From a virus, in the IMG/VR virus record IMGVR_UViG_3300032224_000723, positions 92,994 to 156,993 of that record: DNA of 64,000 nt. One strand, given 5' to 3'. A program made the translations under genes and the position numbers. Below, piece by piece: positions 27,504 through 36,506 of the stretch. Below the pieces are notes generated by a model. The model made no database searches. It saw nothing but the letters and a program-made list of their open reading frames with translations, and was not told the DNA's origin. Positions within the stretch are counted from its first letter, which is position 1. Every line of letters begins with the position of its first letter.

Positions 27504-28423
27504 CCTTCAGCCTTACGAATAATTTCCATTTCTGACACTGTGGTGCCTAAATTCTTCTGTACTTTACTATAGTGATGTTTAAAGAAACGACTTTGCTCCG
27601 CTGTCATATCTACTATGGGCAATGCTAGCCTTTGTTGTAATGTTTGTCCTAAACTTACACAAGCAGATTCAGTGTCTCGTTGGAATGAACTCCATAATGA
27701 TGCCAATTGATCAAAGTCTTGCACTAATCGATAATCCCATTCACGTAGCATTGTAAGATATGTCCCTAGCCTTGCGCCATATATGGCCCAGAATCCGTTG
27801 TCAACATCCATGCCTACACTTTGCCATATACACAAGTGATCGTAGTTTCTAGCATGTACTTTTTGTTCAAATTCTTGCAGGCTAGGTTTCTTGCCTCGGT
27901 CCAAGCACATCTTAACACCTTCGCGGAATCCTGCTCTCCATGCCTGAAAGGGTGTGGCATTGGGATAAGTTGTGCTGTAACAATCATGCATAGGAACGTA
28001 TAATGGATCAAAGCAAAACTCAACCACAGTTTCATCTCTACCATCTGTGTTTTCATGTGTACGCATGTTGTTAACAAAGTCTTTGGTCCAGCAACTAAGT
28101 CCACCGTTGCCGTACATTAATCCATTAATGTGGTTACGTGCTTTCCAACGGAACACACAATCTTTGTTATTGTCATTTAATTTTAATTGTAGATTAAAAA
28201 ACTCAGGGTCAGGTATGTTGTCACCATCAATTAATACAAACCTATCTGTGTCACTGGCTGCTGCCGCGGCTTTGTGTGCGGCATCACTGCCTTTAACACC
28301 ATCTACACGTTTGGCCCATGGAACCATATTTTGAATCTTAATCCAAAATTCTTCCTTTTTAGGTTCGTCATAAGTTAAAAATATGCAGTCAAGATCTGCA
28401 ATGTCAATTAGTTCTTCTGTCAT
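27497..28423 (-). CDS. GT-A-fold glycosyltransferase-like protein
   Basis: DCIFLTYDEP...AHKAAA...FVLIDGD (DxD after a beta strand), AWRAGFREGVK. Confidence 0.65.
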   Translation of the reverse strand: MTEELIDIADLDCIFLTYDEPKKEEFWIKIQNMVPWAKRVDGVKGSDAAHKAAAAASDTDRFVLIDGDNIPDPEFFNLQLKLNDNNKDCVFRWKARNHINGLMYGNGGLSCWTKDFVNNMRTHENTDGRDETVVEFCFDPLYVPMHDCYSTTYPNATPFQAWRAGFREGVKMCLDRGKKPSLQEFEQKVHARNYDHLCIWQSVGMDVDNGFWAIYGARLGTYLTMLREWDYRLVQDFDQLASLWSSFQRDTESACVSLGQTLQQRLALPIVDMTAEQSRFFKHHYSKVQKNLGTTVSEMEIIRKAEGW

Positions 28424-28757
28424 AATATTCTATATCTGGATATGTTTCATTTTCTTCGAGTAGCAATGCCGCATTATTTTTAACAACTCGGTAACCTTTA
28501 TTACTTTTAATTAGACGTGAAACAAGTCCGTTATTTTGTACAATTTTTTCTAATACACCATTAACTACATGATACCTATAGTACATATCATATGTTTCTT
28601 TATCGACCACAACATATTGGGTCGATTCTGGATGTTGTACCATAGTACACAAATAAATGTCACCCAATTCATTATAATGAAGACGATACTCTATGGGTTC
28701 ATCCTCTGTTACAATCATTGAATTGAGTGCTTTAAGTAATTCCGATTCGCTGTTCAT
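28404..28757 (-). CDS. hypothetical protein
   Basis: 117-aa ORF overlapping both neighbours. Confidence 0.7.
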   Translation of the reverse strand: MNSESELLKALNSMIVTEDEPIEYRLHYNELGDIYLCTMVQHPESTQYVVVDKETYDMYYRYHVVNGVLEKIVQNNGLVSRLIKSNKGYRVVKNNAALLLEENETYPDIEYYDRRTN

Positions 28758-29592
28758 AGTATTTAATTATTTCATCTGTGGCAAAATTTTTATCAAAATA
28801 ATGCACTGGGTAGTATTGATTTAAATTGTTAACCCTAATAATATCACCGTCAAATTCCCCAATAACTGAATCAGCCCATGATCTATTTTCATCCAGCCCG
28901 TTTATGCTAGATTTCATATGTACAAAATTGATAAAATCTGCACTGGGAATCGTGCAATGTTCTCTGCCAATGACTTCAGTGACTATTGCGTACAATACAT
29001 CAGTGCTGGGTTTATCTTCTCTACAGTTCTTTAAAATTTGATCTTTTATTTCTAGCCAATTCAATGTTAATTGTTTTGCAAGCACAAAAAAATCTACCGC
29101 TGTTTTACTATATCTAAAGTACATTAATCCATTGTAGACATCAGGTAAATTGTTGTCATCAAACAACTGCCTATATGTTCTAACATTGGACATTTTTCCA
29201 AGATAATTTTTACAGCCCGTACTTAGTACAATATCTTTTAATCTAAATGTATTCCACCAATGATCAATACTTCTACCAAACAACAAATCACTTTCCAACT
29301 TAATTGTTTCTTTAAAAGGTGTTAACCAAAATACCTGCCATTCATTCGATAACTTCCAGTTGCTGTCCGGATCATTATAATCATCAGTTAGTTCTATCAC
29401 ATAGTCAAACACTTGCCTATGTTGATCTGTTACTAGTTGTGCTGTTGATTTGTCTACGATAACTGCATACTCGGCTGAAGGTTGTGTTGATTTTATGTTC
29501 ATTGCCTGCAGGTATGCAAGTTTGAGATAGTCCACAGATTCTGTGTTTTGTGCAAAGGTTACAAAACCTCGTTGTGATTTATGCTGACTCAT
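28732..29592 (-). CDS. GT8/GT71-like glycosyltransferase paralog (ESD in place of DxD)
   Basis: GFVTFAQN...YLKLA, TPFKETIKLESD, HYFDK; ATG 29592. Confidence 0.6.
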   Translation of the reverse strand: MSQHKSQRGFVTFAQNTESVDYLKLAYLQAMNIKSTQPSAEYAVIVDKSTAQLVTDQHRQVFDYVIELTDDYNDPDSNWKLSNEWQVFWLTPFKETIKLESDLLFGRSIDHWWNTFRLKDIVLSTGCKNYLGKMSNVRTYRQLFDDNNLPDVYNGLMYFRYSKTAVDFFVLAKQLTLNWLEIKDQILKNCREDKPSTDVLYAIVTEVIGREHCTIPSADFINFVHMKSSINGLDENRSWADSVIGEFDGDIIRVNNLNQYYPVHYFDKNFATDEIIKYYEQRIGIT

Positions 29593-30403
29593 TACAAAAC
29601 CCATCAACAAAATATTCAAAGTCTCTGCTAGATAAAAACTTTTTATCCATTATGTGTATGTTTTGTTTAGCAACTACATCTGCAGATTCTTTATGTCTTA
29701 GGATAATAAAATTATTTTTAATTTCAATTGATTCAATCCCTTGATCGACGGTGAGCATGGACCATGGGATACCCCTATGCTCGTTTAGATCATATCCATT
29801 TAAAATTAAATTGGCCATAGCAAATGCATGATCATTTCTATATGACCCCACACAATTAAATAATATAGAGTAATAAAGATAATTCTGTTGAATTCTACCA
29901 ATTAAATCAAAGTATTGTTTAGATAGTTCAGATTTGTTAAACAGAACCACAGTCGCCCATACAAAGGGTAGACCTAGTGTACCCATGATTTGATACATTT
30001 CTTCTTTTGGTCTATGACTATTGTGCATTAATCTGTAATCAAATTGTTGATCCAATAGATTTAATAAAGAATTATCCAGTACCAAATAGTCGCAGTCAAG
30101 TAAGATAGTAGTGTCGTATGGACTTAGCTCATATGCAAGGTACCTATCAAAATTACGCCACTCAACTAGTTCTCCACTGGAGCTGTTTCTAAGATTCCCT
30201 GTTTGACTATCAACTTTAATCACACGGTCATAATTAAATTTTGGGTCTGCGTTGATATCTGTTATTAATGTTATTGGCAGTTTTAAATTAGCATCAATTA
30301 GTCTACTAGATTGATCTGCTATCTTTACATAATTTACTGTTGTCGAGTTAAATGCAAATACAACTACACCTTTAGATTTTTCTAATTCTTTTGAGTTCGT
30401 CAT
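29579..30403 (-). CDS. GT8/GT71-like glycosyltransferase
   Basis: GVVVFAFN...YVKIA, LITD, SPYDTTILLDCD (DxD), RNDHAF, HIMDK. Confidence 0.68.
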   Translation of the reverse strand: MTNSKELEKSKGVVVFAFNSTTVNYVKIADQSSRLIDANLKLPITLITDINADPKFNYDRVIKVDSQTGNLRNSSSGELVEWRNFDRYLAYELSPYDTTILLDCDYLVLDNSLLNLLDQQFDYRLMHNSHRPKEEMYQIMGTLGLPFVWATVVLFNKSELSKQYFDLIGRIQQNYLYYSILFNCVGSYRNDHAFAMANLILNGYDLNEHRGIPWSMLTVDQGIESIEIKNNFIILRHKESADVVAKQNIHIMDKKFLSSRDFEYFVDGFCNESA

Positions 30404-30689
30404 GTTGTTGATGCCAAGTGTTCATAACTTTTTGATAATGCTGTTGGGCTGTTACTAAAAATATTTGCCGATCGATTTCTATGGGATTCTGATAAACATC
30501 TTCAAGATATAATATATCTAATGGCCATGTTGCAACAAAGGCCAATAGTTCTGGAGAAATTTTGAAAAGACCATTGTTGTATGGTAAATGCAGATCTGTT
30601 TGTATTTTTTCTCTGAGCAATCTTTTATTTGATTGGTAATCAGTTGCTTGCTTGACTTGAGCCACTAAGTTTTTTAGATCAGTATTCAT
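30372..30689 (-). CDS. hypothetical protein, first gene of the enzyme operon
   Basis: ATG 30689 directly after a sigma70-type promoter. Confidence 0.75.
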   Translation of the reverse strand: MNTDLKNLVAQVKQATDYQSNKRLLREKIQTDLHLPYNNGLFKISPELLAFVATWPLDILYLEDVYQNPIEIDRQIFLVTAQQHYQKVMNTWHQQHDELKRIRKI

Positions 30690-30695
30690 AGACAA

Positions 30696-30724
30696 ATAAT
30701 AACATCTAATAGATCAAAAGTCAA
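30696..30724 (-). promoter_or_regulatory. sigma70-type promoter heading the enzyme operon (leaderless)
   Basis: Minus strand TTGACT (30724-30719), 17 nt, TATTAT (30701-30696) with TG extension, 6 nt, ATG. Confidence 0.65.
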
Positions 30725-30742
30725 TTGATTTAATCTACCAAA

Positions 30743-31681
30743 TTATGCAATAGTAACTGCACCCCAGGTATTGGCTAAGAATGTGGTTGCTGGATAAATT
30801 ACATCAACTCGATGGTTTAATGTAACATTAATTGATTGATTGAATGTGACTGCTTTTGCGGCACTGGTCAAATCCACACCAAAGGAAAAAATTGTGCCGT
30901 TGTCTGAGTTACTACCTTGCACTCCATTGGTTTTTCCATATAAAATTATGTTATCACCAGTATATGTATATGTTGTGGCAGTAATCTGTGTTAATGCAAC
31001 GTTGGAAGTGGTTCTAACATAATACCCTGTGTTCTGCAACAAATCAGTATTTAATGTTCCGCCGGTGCCAGTTCTCGCTGTGCAATCTTGTGCTGATACG
31101 TTTTTACTTCCTAAATTATTTACAGCCAAAGTAATCATGTCAGCGCCACGAGTAGTAGCGCCAGTGTTTGTACCACTGATAAACACAAAGTTTAAAGATC
31201 CCCCGGCGTTCCAAAAATATCTAGCTGCATCTGCATTGGCAAAGGTTGCTGTTCGAGTTAATTGAAATGTTACTGCGGCTGTTTGTGCAGGAATAGTGAA
31301 TACTGGGCTAAAAGTGGCACCTGTAACTGTTGTGCCGGCTGCTGCTGATGACAACCGACTACCAAATGCCGTAGATAAGTTTCCGCTAATATCATTGGTA
31401 GCATTAATAATACCCCCTGCGGTATATGTACCAATATTAGCAAATCCCGCACCACTTTGATGTTTACGTACAGTATTAACAGCATTAACTAATGTAGTCC
31501 ACTGTGTAGCTGTTATGTCAGTTGCTCCCGCAACGTTTGCTATAGTACCTTGCCCATAACCTGCGTTACCTTTGCCAATTGAATATACTGTGTTTATTTG
31601 ACCATTAACATTGGCGGCGGTATTACCAGCAAGAAAGTTATAATCACTTGATTGTATAAGGCCGCCGGAAGAGTATGTCAT
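30743..31681 (-). CDS. virion structural / tail-fibre-associated protein, copy 2
   Basis: Thr/Gly/Asn-rich, GYGQ, ARYFWNAGG; 312 aa, paralog of the adjacent gene. Confidence 0.75.
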   Translation of the reverse strand: MTYSSGGLIQSSDYNFLAGNTAANVNGQINTVYSIGKGNAGYGQGTIANVAGATDITATQWTTLVNAVNTVRKHQSGAGFANIGTYTAGGIINATNDISGNLSTAFGSRLSSAAAGTTVTGATFSPVFTIPAQTAAVTFQLTRTATFANADAARYFWNAGGSLNFVFISGTNTGATTRGADMITLAVNNLGSKNVSAQDCTARTGTGGTLNTDLLQNTGYYVRTTSNVALTQITATTYTYTGDNIILYGKTNGVQGSNSDNGTIFSFGVDLTSAAKAVTFNQSINVTLNHRVDVIYPATTFLANTWGAVTIA

Positions 31682-31690
31682 TTGGCCCCT

Positions 31691-32629
31691 TTATGCAATG
31701 GTAACTGCACCCCATGTATTGGCCAAAAATCCGCCAGCTGGGTATATAACATCAACCCTGTAGTTTAGTGTAACATCAACTTCTTGATTAAATGAGGATC
31801 CTCTGGCTCCAGTGGTTAAATCAACGCCAAAACTAACAACAGTTCCATTGTCTGCATTGGTGCCTTGTGCGCCGTTGGTTTTTGCATACAATTTAATGTT
31901 ATCACCAGTATATGTGTATACTGTACTAGTTATATCTGTCAACGCCACATTACTGGTTGTTCTAACATAGTAGCCTGTATTTTGTAATAAGTCAGTGTTT
32001 AACGTACCACCTGTACCAGTTCTTGCTGTACAGTCTTGCCCTGCTAGTTTTTTACTACCTAAATAATTAACAGCCAATGTAATTAAGTCAGCACTACGAG
32101 TGGTACTATTATTATTGGTCCCGCTGATAAAAACAAAGTTTAATGCACCACCTGCATTAAAGAAATAACGGGCTCGGTCTGCACTGGCAAATGTTGCTGT
32201 TCGAGTTAGTTGGAATGTTTGTGATGAAGTTGTTGCAGCAAGAGTAAAATTTGAAGTATAAGTTGACCCAGTGGTAGTTGTTGTGGTATTGGCAGTTAAT
32301 CGACTACCGAATGCTGCGCTTAAATTTGATGCAAAATTGGTAGTGGCATTGACTAGTGTACCAGCAGTGTATGTACCTAAATTAGAAAATCCAGCACCAC
32401 TTTGATGTTTACGTACAGTATTGAGAGCATTAACCAGTGTTGTCCATTGAGTTGCTGTTACAAGATTGGCGGCGGCTGTTACATTTGCTATTGCAGTTTG
32501 TCCGTAGCCTGCATTACCACTGCCTGTACTAAGTATGGTGTTGATTTGCCCATTTACGTTGGCCGTGCTACCACCAGCAAAATTATTATAGTCTGAAGCT
32601 TGAACTAAACTACCACTTGTATATGTCAT
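31691..32629 (-). CDS. virion structural / tail-fibre-associated protein, copy 1
   Basis: GYGQ, ARYFFNAGG; 312 aa. Confidence 0.75.
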   Translation of the reverse strand: MTYTSGSLVQASDYNNFAGGSTANVNGQINTILSTGSGNAGYGQTAIANVTAAANLVTATQWTTLVNALNTVRKHQSGAGFSNLGTYTAGTLVNATTNFASNLSAAFGSRLTANTTTTTTGSTYTSNFTLAATTSSQTFQLTRTATFASADRARYFFNAGGALNFVFISGTNNNSTTRSADLITLAVNYLGSKKLAGQDCTARTGTGGTLNTDLLQNTGYYVRTTSNVALTDITSTVYTYTGDNIKLYAKTNGAQGTNADNGTVVSFGVDLTTGARGSSFNQEVDVTLNYRVDVIYPAGGFLANTWGAVTIA

Positions 32630-32642
32630 TTTTTATTTCCAA

Positions 32643-34202
32643 TTAACTATTTAATTTAACAATAGCAGTTACTACACCTTCACCAATGGTTAATTTATCT
32701 TCTAAGCTGCGGCCAAGCACATTAAATGCTGTAATTTCTGATTTTGATCCTGCTCTTGCTAGGCCACTTCCTGCACTAACTAAACGGTCACCTTTTTTAA
32801 TTTTGCCAATTACTCTAACTGGAACTCGACCGTTTACCGCAACCTGTGGGTGTGTGCTATTTGAACCAGCACTGCCGTTTAACAAGAATCCTGCATTAGT
32901 ACTTATAACGCCGAATACGTTTTCACTTAGTTCTTGATTTTCTATAGTTACTTCTGCACTTCCACCAATAGCCAAAACTGTTCCTGGAGAATAATCAGCA
33001 TCTGCTTCAAACCTTTCTGCCAAGTCAGCGTAAAAAGATTGGATAGCAGTACCAATTAGATATGATGCATTAATATTACCACTAGTGATATAGTTTGCGG
33101 CTGTAACGTTTCCGCTATAGATACCAGCCACAGCATTGACGTTGGCTGTTACCACTACATTGGCGGCTTTTACATTAGAGCTAAACACACCTTGACTGGC
33201 GTTAACATTGGCACTAACTGTTACGTTTGCGGCTGTTACGTTACCAGTAGCCACAGCATTTGTAAACACGCCATTGGTTGCATTAACGTTACTGGATACC
33301 AATAAGTTTGCAGCCATTGTTACGTTTGATGTAGACCCGTCGATTAATATCGAGTTTACATAACTTCCCGCAGTATTTGCTCTAATCGCAATATTGGAAT
33401 TATTAACGGTATTGTTTAATTGGACAACGTTACCATTTAAGTTAAGATTAAATGTGGATGATGGCCCAACAGTCAATCCGCTAGCACTAGAAATAGTCAC
33501 TGGTGCTGTGAATGTTGTATTAGTATCAGTTCTTGCATAACTAGCCGCTACAACACCGCCTAATTGGTCTGCTGTGTATGCAGTGCCCCAAACTTTGGTG
33601 TTAGCTAGTGTAGAGCTTAAATTTAATCCAGGATAAATTGTTGTGAATCCGCTGATAGTTGCAGATGGAGTATAAGAATCCTTGCTGAATATACCAACCA
33701 ATGTACTAGATACATAAACGTTGACAGCAACGTGAGTTGCAAGATTACCTGCATTGTCTGATATAGAACCAACAATTGCACCTGATGTACCTTGGCTGGC
33801 AGTGGCCGCTGGTCCAATTAGTGCCCATCCTGCATTGGATGAGTAATTAGGATCGTATACATAGAACTGCTGGTTAACAGTATCCCACCAGCTATTGCCT
33901 GTCACTGCACTACTAGGTTTGGCGTTTGCGGCAGTTATACTACCTAAATTTTTAAATGCTGATCCAGTGTAAACTTTAAGGTTACCTGCGGTATCCCACC
34001 AAAGTTGGCCTGTTAAAGGAGTAGTAGGAGCAGTACTGTTACTAGCATTTTCTAATATGTGTACTAGATTGTCGTTTAAAAACGTACCGTATCCGGCATA
34101 ATTTTTACCAATCAGCGTCAATGACGTTGTGGTACTATTGATTGTACCATCTGCGATTGTAGCTAAAATATTGCCGTTTGTTAAATTTATCGTATATGCC
34201 AT
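32643..34202 (-). CDS. tail fibre with C-terminal intramolecular chaperone (YADLAE, peptidase G2-like)
   Basis: LIGKNYAGYG...PLTGQLWWD anchor, Asn-rich beta repeats, YADLAE...GVIST...GRVPV...KGDRLV. Confidence 0.8.
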   Translation of the reverse strand: MAYTINLTNGNILATIADGTINSTTTSLTLIGKNYAGYGTFLNDNLVHILENASNSTAPTTPLTGQLWWDTAGNLKVYTGSAFKNLGSITAANAKPSSAVTGNSWWDTVNQQFYVYDPNYSSNAGWALIGPAATASQGTSGAIVGSISDNAGNLATHVAVNVYVSSTLVGIFSKDSYTPSATISGFTTIYPGLNLSSTLANTKVWGTAYTADQLGGVVAASYARTDTNTTFTAPVTISSASGLTVGPSSTFNLNLNGNVVQLNNTVNNSNIAIRANTAGSYVNSILIDGSTSNVTMAANLLVSSNVNATNGVFTNAVATGNVTAANVTVSANVNASQGVFSSNVKAANVVVTANVNAVAGIYSGNVTAANYITSGNINASYLIGTAIQSFYADLAERFEADADYSPGTVLAIGGSAEVTIENQELSENVFGVISTNAGFLLNGSAGSNSTHPQVAVNGRVPVRVIGKIKKGDRLVSAGSGLARAGSKSEITAFNVLGRSLEDKLTIGEGVVTAIVKLNS

Positions 34203-34222
34203 TGCAATGTTTCCATTTTATA

Positions 34223-34230
34223 TATTTATG
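34223..34230 (-). promoter_or_regulatory. late promoter CATAAATA
   Basis: Intergenic, 20 nt upstream of ATG 34202. Confidence 0.6.
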
Positions 34231-34234
34231 TGCT

Positions 34235-34828
34235 TTACAGATTGCTACTCAAGTTAGTCAAAGTTTGAATTCTAACTGTGTAGTCAATTTGTATCAATCT
34301 ATTCAACGCTTTTTGCACAGGGTGAAAAATAACATGGGTTAGCAATTTTCCGCTAGAACTAAGCAAACCTAGCTCGTCAAAAACGTATGATCCCTGCATG
34401 GTGGAGCTATTATCAAATGCTTGTTGATCGCTGGGCTCTGCGTAATCTAGCAAGCAACTAACAAAAATATCAGTATAAATTAAACCTGGAGTATGTCTTA
34501 TTTCTAAGTAATTTCTAGCAGGATCTAAGTTTAATGCACTGGTATTGTCTACAATTTTACTGTAAGTTTGATTATAAAGACTAGCATTTTGCCCAAAAGT
34601 ATTAGTGGGCAAATATGTAATAACCCCAGTGCTGTCCACAGCAGTTGCACCGTTACCAAATGCCATACTTTGAATGGTACCTGTTCCTTTGTTGCCTAAA
34701 CTTTGTGCTAATGCTTCACTCATATTTTCATAGTGGATAGCATTGGGCTTGTCCTGTAAAATTTCGCCGGTGACTGGATCCCAAATTTTAATGTGTCCTT
34801 GTACCATTGTATTGTTTTTATCTAGCAT
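34235..34828 (-). CDS. baseplate / fibre-attachment protein
   Basis: MAFGNG, FDELGL, THVIFHPVQK, IQIDYTVRI; located in the tail module; ATG 34828 preferred. Confidence 0.65.
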   Translation of the reverse strand: MLDKNNTMVQGHIKIWDPVTGEILQDKPNAIHYENMSEALAQSLGNKGTGTIQSMAFGNGATAVDSTGVITYLPTNTFGQNASLYNQTYSKIVDNTSALNLDPARNYLEIRHTPGLIYTDIFVSCLLDYAEPSDQQAFDNSSTMQGSYVFDELGLLSSSGKLLTHVIFHPVQKALNRLIQIDYTVRIQTLTNLSSNL

Positions 34829-34838
34829 ATTTGATCCA

Positions 34839-34985
34839 TTAATTTGCTGTTTGCACAATTACTTCACCAGTATCTGGGTCAGAAATTTTCACAAAGCCAC
34901 GCACGTAAATTCCCGAAGATTCATCAGCTTTGGGCCTAGGCTCATTGGCTTCAACCTGTTCTTTTTGCTGCTTTTCTGAATCCAT
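34839..34985 (-). CDS. unannotated 48-aa protein resembling the N-terminus of the next gene
   Basis: MDSEKQQKEQVEANEPRPKADESSGIYVRGFVKISDPDTGEVIVQTAN; fills the intergenic gap; GATAAATA 5 nt upstream. Confidence 0.7.
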   Translation of the reverse strand: MDSEKQQKEQVEANEPRPKADESSGIYVRGFVKISDPDTGEVIVQTAN

Positions 34986-34990
34986 ATGGT

Positions 34991-34998
34991 TATTTATC
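34991..34998 (-). promoter_or_regulatory. late promoter GATAAATA
   Basis: Intergenic, 5 nt from ATG 34985. Confidence 0.6.
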
Positions 34999-35021
34999 AC
35001 TGTTTTTACACCTTTTTTAAC

Positions 35022-36458
35022 TTATAGTATCACTGCCATAATTTGGCGTTTTTCGTAATTTCTATCTTCTACTAGAGATTTGGCAAAAATGCTATGACCT
35101 TTAACATCTCTAAATGCCGCACTTTCTGCATATCCTGGCTCATCTGATGTTACCAATGGGTCACCTTTGGATACTTGTCCCACCACATTAACCAGCACCT
35201 TACCACGCAATGCTACTGGTAAGCCAGTGCTTTCGCTGTTCATTAAATATGCTGGATCTGTAGAAATTACTCCCGCTACCCTAGTATCCGCAAAACTAGT
35301 AGTTGTAGTGATCTCTTGTGCTCCGCCAAATATAACCACAGTGCCAGGCAAATAATTATTATCTGCTAGATATTTTTCTGCCAAGTCAGCATAATTGGAC
35401 TGCATTGCTGTTGCATATACTGTGCTATACCAGCTTGCACTACTACCCAACGTATAGGTATTTGCTGTTGTTGGTACAATATTTTGAGAATTTAATTGTC
35501 CACCTAATCCCAAAGTAGATCCAATGGTTACCGAATTGTTTACAGTTAATGCGCTGGCTGTTATATTGGCATTTGATGTAATTGCTGCCGCTGTTGTTGC
35601 GCCTGATATACCAAGTGTAGTACCAATTGTCACTGAATTATTAACTGCTAATCCATTTACTGTGGTATTTCCAGATGTTACAAGAGTAGTGCCTATAGTA
35701 GCAAATGTGTTAACTTGCAAAGAAGCCGCAGTACCTTTGCCCGTCACCGTTAATGCACCGCCTATTGTTTCGCTGCCTGAAATATTTGTATTAGAAAAAG
35801 AACCAATTGTTGTAGATATATTACCAACAGTGGCATTACCTACAATCCATAGGTTACCACCAGCACTGATACCCCCACCTACTTGTAATGCACCAGTTGC
35901 ATTGGCAGTGGTTGCAGAAGCATTGCTGATTAGCATCTGACCCACTTGCATTGTGCCTAATGTGGCCCCACCGCTGATAATACCAGTATTAGCATTGCCT
36001 GCTGTTGCACCAGCATAAACTAAATATCCTGTGCTGTTTTGACGATATAAGGCAGCAGTGGATGCCGTTGTACCTACATAATAGTAAAATCTAAATCCAA
36101 TGTCTCTACCATCATCACTGGTCCATGGTGCTAAATTACTATTAAACGTGTGCAAATCAATGATACTACTATTAGAACTTAAATTTTGACTGCTGGTACT
36201 TGTTGTTGTTCCAATAACGTTCAAATTTCCAGTTACAGTAAGGTTAGCAACTGTGCTGGTTAAATTTGCAGTAATCGCGCCAGTTAGATTCAAATTACCA
36301 GTTTGTACGTAAGATTTAACATTTGAAAATGACGTTTGGTATGTAGTAACATTTCCGCTAGCAACACTAGCTATCAAAGGCATTGACAATGATGTAGTAG
36401 TACCCGACGTAAGCTGGGTTGACGTAATATTGGGTAATTGACTAATTTGTACTGACAT
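35022..36458 (-). CDS. tail fibre/spike with C-terminal intramolecular chaperone (YADLAE)
   Basis: N-terminal ISQLP, GALQVGGG, Ser/Thr/Asn beta repeats, YADLAEKY...GVIST...KGDPLV. Confidence 0.8.
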   Translation of the reverse strand: MSVQISQLPNITSTQLTSGTTTSLSMPLIASVASGNVTTYQTSFSNVKSYVQTGNLNLTGAITANLTSTVANLTVTGNLNVIGTTTSTSSQNLSSNSSIIDLHTFNSNLAPWTSDDGRDIGFRFYYYVGTTASTAALYRQNSTGYLVYAGATAGNANTGIISGGATLGTMQVGQMLISNASATTANATGALQVGGGISAGGNLWIVGNATVGNISTTIGSFSNTNISGSETIGGALTVTGKGTAASLQVNTFATIGTTLVTSGNTTVNGLAVNNSVTIGTTLGISGATTAAAITSNANITASALTVNNSVTIGSTLGLGGQLNSQNIVPTTANTYTLGSSASWYSTVYATAMQSNYADLAEKYLADNNYLPGTVVIFGGAQEITTTTSFADTRVAGVISTDPAYLMNSESTGLPVALRGKVLVNVVGQVSKGDPLVTSDEPGYAESAAFRDVKGHSIFAKSLVEDRNYEKRQIMAVIL

Positions 36459-36479
36459 TTTTAACCTTTTATATCTTTA

Positions 36480-36487
36480 TATTTATT
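36480..36487 (-). promoter_or_regulatory. late promoter AATAAATA
   Basis: Intergenic, 21 nt upstream of ATG 36458. Confidence 0.55.
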
Positions 36488-36506
36488 TTAAAATAACAAT
36501 GCACGA

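Noticed and set aside
30743-32629. Diversity-generating retroelement TR/VR pair
   Set aside because: Both copies are whole genes, differences are not adenine-specific, and no reverse transcriptase is in the window.
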